Shown here in pieces: positions 8,982 to 16,696 of a stretch of 35,054 nucleotides of DNA. The position numbers and the translations under genes were made by a program. Source of the DNA: an uncultured bacterium (GTDB lineage: Bacteria > Lernaellota > Lernaellaia > Lernaellales > Lernaellaceae). Below the pieces are notes generated by a model. It was not told where the DNA came from and searched no databases. It saw nothing but the letters and a program-made list of their open reading frames with translations. Numbering within the stretch: the stretch's first letter is position 1; each line of letters starts with the position of its first letter. The stretch spans positions 1 to 35,054 of the forward strand of contig CAZHPN010000049.1 of NCBI GenBank assembly GCA_964534375.1. Direction: 5' to 3'.

Positions 8982-10046
8982 ATGAATTCGCGAAAAATCC
9001 TGGTTTTCTTGATTTTGTCGGCCGTGTCGCTCGCGCCGGGTTTTGCGTTCGCCGGCGAATTCAACCTCGCGGAAATTCAGCAGGCCATCGCGGAAAAGGG
9101 CCTGCATTGGACCGCGGGGCCGGCGCCGTTCACCGACGCGGAATTTCACGCCAAACTCATGCAGAATTTGCAGCACAGCCACGATTCGCTGTTTTATGGG
9201 GCGCCGACCATACCGCCGACTCCGCCGCTCCCGACGAGTTGGGATTGGCGCGATCACAACGGCGTTACCGCAGTCGAAGATCAGGCTTCCTGCGGCAGTT
9301 GTTGGGCGTTTGCGTCGGTCGGCGCCCTGGAATCTCTCGCGGTCATCCAGGGTCATTATCCGCTTTCCTTGCGTCTCTCCGAGCAGGAACTCGTCTCGTG
9401 CGACAGCGACTACGGCGCGTGGGGCTGCCAGGGCGCGGGCGCCATGTCGGCCGTGGCGTCGTATCTGGTTCAGGAAGGGACGGTCGACAGGGCCTGTTTC
9501 CCCTACGAATCGTTCGCCGGCAACGACTACCCGTGCGATCCGTGCAGCGACGCGACGCAGCGTACGTATAAGGCCGGAAGTCACGGGGCGGTGAACCAGG
9601 ACGTCCTGTCGTTGAAGCAGGCCGTTTATCAGTACGGGCCGATTTTCACGACGATGGAAGTCTTCGACGATTTCATGAATTACACGGGCGGCGTCTACGC
9701 CTACGCCTACGGCCAGGACGAAGGCGGCCACGTGGTGCTGATCATCGGCTGGAACGACGCCGGGCAGTATTTCATCGTCAAGAACTCCTGGGGCACGGCG
9801 TGGGGCATGAACGGTTTCTTCGAGATCGCCTACAGCGAAGTCACCGGGCAGACCGATTTCGGCGACGACACGCAATGGATGTCGTTTGGCTCCGGGCCCG
9901 CCGACGACGACGATGACAACGACGACAACGACAGCGCCCAGCACGACGACGCCGACGCGGCCGCCGGCGCCGGCGCCGGCGAACCCGACGCGCCCACGCC
10001 GCACGATGCCGCCGGCAGCACCCGCAGCGGCGGTTTCGGCTGCTGA
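8982..10046 (+). CDS. Secreted papain-family (C1A) cysteine protease with Asp-rich linker and C-terminal GGFGC
   Basis: AAGGAG then ATG at 8982; signal peptide; LPTSWDWR, DQASCGSCWAF (catalytic Cys), LSEQELVSC, GGHVVLIIGW (His), VKNSWG (Asn). Confidence 0.95.
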   Translation: MNSRKILVFLILSAVSLAPGFAFAGEFNLAEIQQAIAEKGLHWTAGPAPFTDAEFHAKLMQNLQHSHDSLFYGAPTIPPTPPLPTSWDWRDHNGVTAVEDQASCGSCWAFASVGALESLAVIQGHYPLSLRLSEQELVSCDSDYGAWGCQGAGAMSAVASYLVQEGTVDRACFPYESFAGNDYPCDPCSDATQRTYKAGSHGAVNQDVLSLKQAVYQYGPIFTTMEVFDDFMNYTGGVYAYAYGQDEGGHVVLIIGWNDAGQYFIVKNSWGTAWGMNGFFEIAYSEVTGQTDFGDDTQWMSFGSGPADDDDDNDDNDSAQHDDADAAAGAGAGEPDAPTPHDAAGSTRSGGFGC

Positions 10047-10064
10047 AGATTTTTTGCGGTTTTT

Positions 10065-10116
10065 TTGACAGGATCAACAGCGCCTGTCCCCGCGAAGGCG
10101 GCGGATCAACGGGATC
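10065..10116 (+). repeat. GGATCAAC short-repeat element, copy 1, interrupted by a small hairpin
   Basis: TTGACAGGATCAAC...GGATCAACGGGATC; shares a 14-nt and a 13-nt block with 12721-12760. Confidence 0.6.
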
Positions 10117-10217
10117 GGTTTGGCGACGGTCGATGGCGAAATCCACTCGTCGCGTTGGGCGAACACCGTTTCGTTCCCAAGGATGAATCACCGGGCTATC
10201 GACCTGCTCCCCTCCCG

Positions 10218-10244
10218 GACTTCTGGCTTCTGGCTTCTGACTTC
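10218..10244 (+). repeat. Short heptamer tandem repeat (CTTCTG[G/A])
   Basis: gacttctggcttctggcttctgacttc. Confidence 0.6.
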
Positions 10245-10250
10245 CTTTGC

Positions 10251-10279
10251 TTGACTCCGTTCTTCTGCCTTCCCATAAT
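10251..10279 (+). promoter_or_regulatory. Sigma70-type promoter for the oxidoreductase operon
   Basis: TTGACT-17 nt-CATAAT, followed by AAGGAG and TTG start at 10309. Confidence 0.7.
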
Positions 10280-10308
10280 GCCGGCGAAATTCACGAAGGA
10301 GCGGCCGT

Positions 10309-11364
10309 TTGAAAAAAGTTCGCGTCGGCATGATCGGCGCCGGGCGGATCACCGACCTTCACTATCCGGCCTACCGAGACTTCGAAAAGGCCGAATTGGT
10401 CACGGTGTGCGCGTCGAGCGAGGCCACGGCGAAAAAGCGCCAGGCGGAATGGCAGACGCCGAAATGGACAACGGATTACCGCACGATCCTGGCCGATCCC
10501 GAAATCGACATGGTCGAGATCAACACGCCGCACCACCTGCACTATCCGATGGTGTTGGAGGCCGCGGCGGCCGGCAAGCACATCCAGTTGCAAAAGCCGA
10601 TGGGGATGAACATCAAGGAATGCCAGGCCATGATCGCGGCGACGCGGCAGGCCGGCGTGAAATTCAAGGTCATCGAGAATTTCGTATTCTACCCGCCCTA
10701 TCGCAAGGCGAAGGAGCTGATCGGCGCCGGCGAGATCGGCGAGGTGCGCTCGCTGCGCATCCGCCTCGGCTCGGGCGGGACCGGCGGCTGGTACGTGCCG
10801 CTCAATACATGGTTGTGGCGGCTCGCCGAAACTGACAAAGGCGGCGGGCCGACGATCTTCGACGACGGCTATCACAAATTCTCGATCGGGCGCTATTACG
10901 GCGGCGACGTCGACCGGGTGTCCGCCTGGATCGACCGCTCGTTCGGCCTGATCGACGCGCCGGCGATCGTTACGTGGCGGGCGGCCAACGGCGTCGTCGG
11001 CTGCATCGACGCGTCGTTCTCGCCGAACTTGAACGTCAAGTCGAAGTACTACTCGGCCGACGAACGCGTCGAAATCACCGGCACGCGCGGCGTCATCTGG
11101 ATCACCCGCTGCACCGGCCAGTTGCTCGACGAGGCGTCGGTCATTCTCTACCGCGACGGCGTGAAGACGTGCTTCGAAAAGATGCGCGCCGATTGGCTCG
11201 ACAGCTTCGTCGATTCGACGCGCCACTTCATCGATTGCATCTTGCACGACACGGAGCCCTACCTGACCGGCGAGCAGGCGTTGGCCGTCCAGGCGTTCTG
11301 CTTCGCCGCGATTCGCTCCGCGAAAGAAGGGCGCGAGATTGCGCCGGCGGAGATGTTGGAGTGA
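10309..11364 (+). CDS. Gfo/Idh/MocA family NAD(P)-dependent oxidoreductase
   Basis: VGMIGAGRI Rossmann motif, INTPHHLH, GKHIQLQKPM, IFDDGYHK, VEITGTRG; TTG start with RBS. Confidence 0.92.
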   Translation: MKKVRVGMIGAGRITDLHYPAYRDFEKAELVTVCASSEATAKKRQAEWQTPKWTTDYRTILADPEIDMVEINTPHHLHYPMVLEAAAAGKHIQLQKPMGMNIKECQAMIAATRQAGVKFKVIENFVFYPPYRKAKELIGAGEIGEVRSLRIRLGSGGTGGWYVPLNTWLWRLAETDKGGGPTIFDDGYHKFSIGRYYGGDVDRVSAWIDRSFGLIDAPAIVTWRAANGVVGCIDASFSPNLNVKSKYYSADERVEITGTRGVIWITRCTGQLLDEASVILYRDGVKTCFEKMRADWLDSFVDSTRHFIDCILHDTEPYLTGEQALAVQAFCFAAIRSAKEGREIAPAEMLE

Positions 11365-11368
11365 CGCC

Positions 11369-11641
11369 ATGAAAAAACTGCTCGCCGCCCTCGCCGCCGA
11401 AATCGCGTTCGTGCTGACCCGCTTGTTGGCGCGTCGAGTTTCCGATGCGGCGCTCGCGCGCAATCTGCGGCGTTTGAAGAAACTCATCGACGGCTTACAG
11501 TCCGACCCGGCCGCGACGACGCCGCTCGGCGATCTGATCAAGATCTTTGACAGTCCCGATTCGGCCGCGCTGGCGCGACGGCTGATTCTCGAAGCCCGCC
11601 CGGCGCAACTCAAGGCGACCGTGCGCGGCGCGATCGGGTGA
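11369..11641 (+). CDS. Small helical hypothetical protein (90 aa)
   Basis: ATG 4 nt after the upstream stop; fills the gap between two co-oriented paralogues; amphipathic Leu/Ala/Arg-rich sequence. Confidence 0.7.
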   Translation: MKKLLAALAAEIAFVLTRLLARRVSDAALARNLRRLKKLIDGLQSDPAATTPLGDLIKIFDSPDSAALARRLILEARPAQLKATVRGAIG

Positions 11642-11649
11642 GGCGACCC

Positions 11650-12690
11650 ATGGCGAAAACTGCAACGGGGCCGGAACTCCGCGTCGGGCTGATCGGCGTC
11701 GGGCCCGTGGCCGAACTGATCGCCCGCAGCTACGACGGCGTCGCCGGCGCAAGAGTGGCCGCCGTCTGCGACGAGAACTTCGCCCGCGCCGAGGCCCTCG
11801 GGCGGCGGCTCGGCGTCCCGGCCTTCGCCGACCATGGCGAAATGCTCGACCAAGGCCCGGTCGATGCCGTGGAAATTCACGGCCGCGCCGACCGGCATCT
11901 GGCCGTCGCGCGCGACGCCTGCGCCCGGCGCAAACCGTTCGCGATCCACAAGCCGCTGGCGCTGACGACGGCCGACGCCCAGGCGATCATCGACGCGGCC
12001 CGCGCGGCCGGCGTCCGGGCGGCGGTGATCGATCCGCTGTTGCATCATCCGCACGTCTTGGCGGCGAAAGAGAAACTCGCGGAGGATCTCGTCGGCGAAA
12101 TCCAGATGCTGCGGTTGAAATCGCACCTCGGCGGGGCGGGCGAACTGGGCGCGGCGTTCGATCCGGCGCGTTTTTCGGCCGCCGATGAGCATTTTCTGCT
12201 CGCGCCGGCGTTCGACAAGACCGCATTGATCGAGTTTTTGCTCGGTCCGATCGCCGAGGCGAGCGGCTACGCCGGCCCCGGCGCGCGGATGATCGCCTTC
12301 AAGTTCGCCGCCGCCGGCCGCTACGGCGTGCACGAGGCGGTTTTCTCGCCCGAGTTGACGATGCAAACCGACGGCATGCCTGTCGATAACTCGATCGAAA
12401 TCACCGGCACGGACGGCATCCTCTGGGTGCGCAACCTGACGGCGACGATGGTCGAGGCGCCGAAGTTGATGCTCAAACGCAAGAGCACGGTCACCGTTTG
12501 GGACGACAAGGCCGAATACAGCTTCGTGAATTTGCTCGCGGCGGTACGGAAAGATTTCCTGAACTGCCTGCGCGGCGGCGAACCGCGGCATACATTGGCC
12601 GACGGCTTGCGCGCGCTGACCGTCAACGTCGCGGCGCAAACGGCGATCCGCGAGTCGCGGTCGGTCAAGCTTGCGGATTTCCGCGGTTGA
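11650..12690 (+). CDS. Divergent Gfo/Idh/MocA family protein (possible pseudo-enzyme)
   Basis: VGLIGVGPVA, IHKPL, IEITGTDGILW; similar to the upstream gene; GAGG upstream of ATG 11650 (GTG 11638 is an alternative). Confidence 0.85.
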   Translation: MAKTATGPELRVGLIGVGPVAELIARSYDGVAGARVAAVCDENFARAEALGRRLGVPAFADHGEMLDQGPVDAVEIHGRADRHLAVARDACARRKPFAIHKPLALTTADAQAIIDAARAAGVRAAVIDPLLHHPHVLAAKEKLAEDLVGEIQMLRLKSHLGGAGELGAAFDPARFSAADEHFLLAPAFDKTALIEFLLGPIAEASGYAGPGARMIAFKFAAAGRYGVHEAVFSPELTMQTDGMPVDNSIEITGTDGILWVRNLTATMVEAPKLMLKRKSTVTVWDDKAEYSFVNLLAAVRKDFLNCLRGGEPRHTLADGLRALTVNVAAQTAIRESRSVKLADFRG

Positions 12691-12720
12691 GATGTATTGA
12701 TTGAGGATTATGATCGTTTC

Positions 12721-12760
12721 TTGACAGGATCAACCGGATCAACCTGATCAACGGGATCAA
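12721..12760 (+). repeat. GGATCAAC 9-nt tandem repeat (4 units), copy 2
   Basis: ttgaca-ggatcaacc-ggatcaacc-tgatcaacg-ggatcaa. Confidence 0.75.
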
Positions 12761-12772
12761 GGAGGCTTCGGC

Positions 12773-13447
12773 ATGGCGATTTATCTGTTTGCGTTGTTCT
12801 GTCTCGCGTTGGCGGCGATGGCGGCCACGGCCTCCGGAGACGCGTCCGAACCCGGCGCGCTGCTGGACGCCCCGGGCATCGACAAAGACACGCTGGCGCG
12901 GCTGACCGCCGACGCCACGCTGCTGCTGGTGCAGGAAGACGCGCAGGGCAAGTTGCAGATGACGACGAGCGGCATCCTCGTCGACCGGCCGCCGGACGTC
13001 GTTTTCCGCACGATCACCGATTACGTCAATTACCCGAAGTTCATGCCGAGCATGGAGGAGTGCGAAATCGTCGCCACGCACGGCGACGTGAAAGATGTTC
13101 GTTTCGCGGTGAAGTTCAAGTTCGCGATCTTCAGCGTCACGGTCGACTACGTTCTGCGCACCACCTTCAAATCGAATCGGGAAATCACCTGGAAGCTGCT
13201 CTCCAGCAAGGGGAACAAACTGCGCCAATCGATCGGTTCGTGGCGGTTGGTTCCGGCTGGCGGCGGCAAGCAGACCGCCGCTTTCTATTCGCTGTATTCC
13301 GACGCCACCGCCGCCGTGCCGGGGATGAGCGCGGTGCTCAAAAAAGAGCCGACGATGGAAACCGCGATCAATGTCAGCACCTGCATCATGGTGCTGCGGG
13401 CCGTCAAGAATCGCAGCGAAAACCCGGCGTGGACCCGAGCGCGATGA
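12773..13447 (+). CDS. START/SRPBCC (polyketide cyclase/CoQ10-like) lipid-binding protein with signal peptide
   Basis: AAGGAGG RBS; hydrophobic N-terminus; VDRPPDVVFRTITDYVNYPKFMP, ITWKL, GSWRLVP and a C-terminal helix typical of the helix-grip fold. Confidence 0.85.
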   Translation: MAIYLFALFCLALAAMAATASGDASEPGALLDAPGIDKDTLARLTADATLLLVQEDAQGKLQMTTSGILVDRPPDVVFRTITDYVNYPKFMPSMEECEIVATHGDVKDVRFAVKFKFAIFSVTVDYVLRTTFKSNREITWKLLSSKGNKLRQSIGSWRLVPAGGGKQTAAFYSLYSDATAAVPGMSAVLKKEPTMETAINVSTCIMVLRAVKNRSENPAWTRAR

Positions 13448-13460
13448 CGTCGTCCAGCCG

Positions 13461-14774
13461 TTAGAAACGCAGCGTGATCGTGCCGCCGAAATTCCACCAT
13501 TGCCCGGCGAACTTGTAGTCGCCGATCCAGTCGTTCGGATCCGATTTGAGAACCGTGCGCGGCATCATGTAGTGGTATTGCACAAAGCCGTCCAACGATA
13601 CCGGGCGCGGCAGAATCTCGGAAAACGTCGGGAGCGTAAGGCCGAAACCGCTCGATACGACGTGCGTATTCGAATCCAGGTAATTGTTGACGCCCGTCTG
13701 ATTCGGGACCGGCGTCGGCCGATAGCGATACCCGGCGCGCAGCGCAAGCGTCGCATGCGGATCGACCACCGCCCTCCCCTCGACGCCGATCGCCGGATTG
13801 AACGTGTCGTGGAAGTTCGGCGCCGGCGGCGGCGGTCCGTTCGTCGTCGGGAACACGTCTTCCAGGCCGCCGGTCATGTTGATCAACGTGTGCGGCGCAT
13901 CGCTTTTCATTTGCGACCACTGCTGGAAGGTCAGATCGATGCTGGCGGTCAGCCGCGGATGCGGGTCGAACGCCGCGCCGAACTCGAATTGCCGCGGCGC
14001 AAACTGGCTCCAGGTGTCGGCCCAGAGGAGCAACTCGCTCGGCCGCAGCAGCGGCGTGATCGTCCCCGGGAAGCCCGTCAGAGCCGGAATGTGTATGTCG
14101 TTGGGCAGCGTCAGCCGGCAGACCACCATTTCGCGGTAACTGAGGCCGAGGCGCAGCCAATCGACCGGCCGGCTCCAGAGTCCGGCGATCGGGGCGGCGA
14201 AGTTGCCGATCCGGCTGTGGAGCGAGCCCTCGCTCGGCGCGTTTTGGTTGATCTGCAAATCGACGCCGCCGTGGTTCGACGCGAGCATGTTGACGCCGAC
14301 GCCGATGGACAGCCACCGCGCCGCCTCGAAGCCGGCGCCCGCGAGCGTCACGATCGTTTGGTTGTCGTTGGCGACGAGCGGCGAATGCGGCTGGTCGGTC
14401 GGGAACTCGAGGAAGCGCATCATGTGCGCGTCGGGCACGTACACGTCGACGCCGATGGTCAGCCGATGGCCCTTGATCAGCGACGAGACGACCGTCCCGA
14501 TGTTGAACCCGTTGTTCAGGTTGACGTTTTGGCGCACGCCGTTGATGGTCATGTTCGGAATGCCGTACGAGTAGCCGATCTCCGCCTGGAAACGGGTCAC
14601 CTGCGTCAGCGCCGCTACGTTGTAATACAGGCCGGCCGCATCGTCGCCGAGCGCCGAATAAGCGCCGCCCATCGCGCTGGCGCGCGCGCCCACGCCGAAA
14701 AACTCGTAGGGGCCGGCCAGCGCCGCCGCGGGGGCGAGCCAGAGAAAGAGGCAAATGGCGATCGTTCGACGCAC
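13461..14774 (-). CDS. FadL/TodX-like outer-membrane beta-barrel transporter
   Basis: Signal peptide; hatch motif GARASAMGGAYSALGDDAAGLYYNVA; LRAGYRYRPTPVP; C-terminal strand ending in Phe; GTG start 3 nt after the upstream stop. Confidence 0.85.
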   Translation of the reverse strand: MRRTIAICLFLWLAPAAALAGPYEFFGVGARASAMGGAYSALGDDAAGLYYNVAALTQVTRFQAEIGYSYGIPNMTINGVRQNVNLNNGFNIGTVVSSLIKGHRLTIGVDVYVPDAHMMRFLEFPTDQPHSPLVANDNQTIVTLAGAGFEAARWLSIGVGVNMLASNHGGVDLQINQNAPSEGSLHSRIGNFAAPIAGLWSRPVDWLRLGLSYREMVVCRLTLPNDIHIPALTGFPGTITPLLRPSELLLWADTWSQFAPRQFEFGAAFDPHPRLTASIDLTFQQWSQMKSDAPHTLINMTGGLEDVFPTTNGPPPPAPNFHDTFNPAIGVEGRAVVDPHATLALRAGYRYRPTPVPNQTGVNNYLDSNTHVVSSGFGLTLPTFSEILPRPVSLDGFVQYHYMMPRTVLKSDPNDWIGDYKFAGQWWNFGGTITLRF

Positions 14775-14777
14775 GGC

Positions 14778-16115
14778 CTACTCGTAATCGAAGGGGACGC
14801 TGATCGACGCGCCGATCGCGTACAACCAGCCGCGGAACCCGACTTTCGGGTATCCCGGGTTATCGGTGTTTACATCGCTGTCTTTATACGAGACGCGCGG
14901 CGGCAGATATTGCAATTGGCCGCCGACGTCGAAAACCAACGGGGCGAAGAACTGATAGGCGCCGACGCCGCGCCACTTCCAACCCACCGACGCCGAGCCA
15001 ATGTAGCGGTCGGAGTCCAGATAATTGGTGTCGCCGCTCTGCGGCGGCACGGGCGACGGATCGAAGGCAAAACCGAACCGCGCCAGCAGGTCGCCGTCGC
15101 CGCTCGCGAGCGCCAGCGCCTCGGCGCCGGTTTTGACGCCCGTCGTGTCGTGGAAGTGCGGCGGCCGGGTGATGCTGTTGCGGAACGAAATGGGCAGCAC
15201 GGGAATCTTGAAGTTGACGTTGACGTCGAGGCTCGGGTCGGGGTAACCCGACCATTGATTGTATTGGACCTCCAGCGAGAGCAGCCAGCGGTCGAACGAA
15301 TACGAGACGCCGCCGACGAACTGCCGCGGCGTGTACAAGCTGATCGCGTTGAATTGGATGATCAACGGCACGTTCGCCACCACCGTCGCCACCGGGATTT
15401 TATAGTGCGTGAAGAACTTGTCGCGGAAGACAAATCCAAAGCGCAAGCCGTCGACCACGGGCCAAAAGGCGCCCGGTTTGAACATCAGGCCGGCCGTCAG
15501 GGCGAAACTAGTGAGCATCTCCTGCGTGACCGTGGCCTGCACGTCGCCGCTCTGGTCGATGCGCGCCTTCCATTCGCCCGAGGTGTTGTTGAAGATGTTC
15601 ACCCCGCCGCCGATCGACAACCCTTGCAGAATCTTCACCGCCAGGGTCGGGATCAGCGTCTGGCTCCGGCCGGAGTTCTGCAGCAACGGGTATTGCGTTT
15701 GCGTCGGATACGGCACGTCGATGCCCAGCAGCAGACCGTTCGGGAAAAAGGCGGACATCGCAAAGGCGATGCGCTCTTTAAGGACGCCGCCCAGGGGGAT
15801 GGGCAGGACCGTGCCCAGCAGCGCGCCCTGCGTCGGATCGAGCTTGGGGGCCTGGATGCCGATGCCGGTCATCTTCGAGCCGGAGTACAGGTAGCCGGCG
15901 CCGACGCTCGGTTGGATATGAAAAACCGAGCCCGCGGGGTTGTAGTAAGCCGCCCCAAAATCGTCGGCCACCGCCGCCAAGGCGCCGCCCATGCCGATGC
16001 CGCGCGGCGTAAAGCCGTAGGTGTACAAGACGTCCGCCCGCGCCGTCGCCCGCCACGCGCACAACAATATTGCCGCGATAAACGTTGACCGAAGGACGCG
16101 CTGGCTGTTCGACAT
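14778..16115 (-). CDS. FadL/TodX-like outer-membrane beta-barrel transporter (paralogue)
   Basis: True start MSNSQRV at 16115; signal peptide; GMGGALAAVADDFGAAYYNPAG; ARFGFAFDPSPVP; shares FHDT and NYLDS with the neighbour. Confidence 0.87.
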   Translation of the reverse strand: MSNSQRVLRSTFIAAILLCAWRATARADVLYTYGFTPRGIGMGGALAAVADDFGAAYYNPAGSVFHIQPSVGAGYLYSGSKMTGIGIQAPKLDPTQGALLGTVLPIPLGGVLKERIAFAMSAFFPNGLLLGIDVPYPTQTQYPLLQNSGRSQTLIPTLAVKILQGLSIGGGVNIFNNTSGEWKARIDQSGDVQATVTQEMLTSFALTAGLMFKPGAFWPVVDGLRFGFVFRDKFFTHYKIPVATVVANVPLIIQFNAISLYTPRQFVGGVSYSFDRWLLSLEVQYNQWSGYPDPSLDVNVNFKIPVLPISFRNSITRPPHFHDTTGVKTGAEALALASGDGDLLARFGFAFDPSPVPPQSGDTNYLDSDRYIGSASVGWKWRGVGAYQFFAPLVFDVGGQLQYLPPRVSYKDSDVNTDNPGYPKVGFRGWLYAIGASISVPFDYE

Positions 16116-16152
16116 TGGTTGGCGCCGCTCTCGCGGTGGTTGGTTAGACGGC

Positions 16153-16210
16153 AATCTAGAGTTTTTGGACGTTCCAAACAAGAGAAAAAACGCGGTCGAG
16201 TCGTTTTTTC
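16153..16210 (-). promoter_or_regulatory. Candidate promoter and operator for the FadL-like pair
   Basis: Minus strand TTGTTT (16181-16176)-17 nt-TAGATT (16158-16153); palindrome TTTGGA-cgt-TCCAAA (16164-16178); inverted repeat GAAAAAACG-N9-CGTTTTTTC (16184-16210). Confidence 0.4.
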
Positions 16211-16276
16211 CTGAAATGTGGACCGGCGGGGGCGCCTGTCCTGCGTCTTGGCCACCATGCCAGCCGCGCGCAGCCG

Positions 16277-16657
16277 CTATTTTTTGCCGATTCCGACCAG
16301 GCCGGCGACTGTTTCGAGAAAGATATTCACATCGAACGGTTTGGCGAAGTAGCAATCGCAGCCGGCGGCGAGCATTCGTTCTTTGTCGCCGGGCATGGCG
16401 TGGGCCGTCAGGGCGATGATCGGAATGTCGCGCGTCTCCGGCGCGGCCTTGAGGAGGCGGGTCGCGGTCATGCCGTCCATTTTCGGCAGCCCGATATCCA
16501 TGACGATCAAGGCGGGGCGCTCTGCCTTGGCGATCACGATTCCCTGTTCCGCGTCGCTCGCTTTCAGGACATCGTAGCCGCGCAGCTTCAGCAAATCGTG
16601 CACCAGCATCATGCTGATCTCGTTGTCTTCGACCACCAGAATCTTGAATTCGGACAT
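16277..16657 (-). CDS. Single-domain response regulator (DivK/CheY-like)
   Basis: ILVVEDN, IVMDIGLPKMDG (phospho-Asp), IIALTAHAM, AKPF; GAGGAGG spacing favours ATG 16657. Confidence 0.93.
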   Translation of the reverse strand: MSEFKILVVEDNEISMMLVHDLLKLRGYDVLKASDAEQGIVIAKAERPALIVMDIGLPKMDGMTATRLLKAAPETRDIPIIALTAHAMPGDKERMLAAGCDCYFAKPFDVNIFLETVAGLVGIGKK

Positions 16658-16696
16658 CGTCATCCTCCTCTCGCTCTTGCGTTGGCGCGGTTCGCG

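Noticed and set aside
13371..16088. 905-aa plus-strand ORF, and similar long antisense ORFs (10291-12639, 22018-24966, 25251-27914)
   Set aside because: They mirror genes with clear family motifs on the other strand; long stop-free antisense frames are expected at this GC content.
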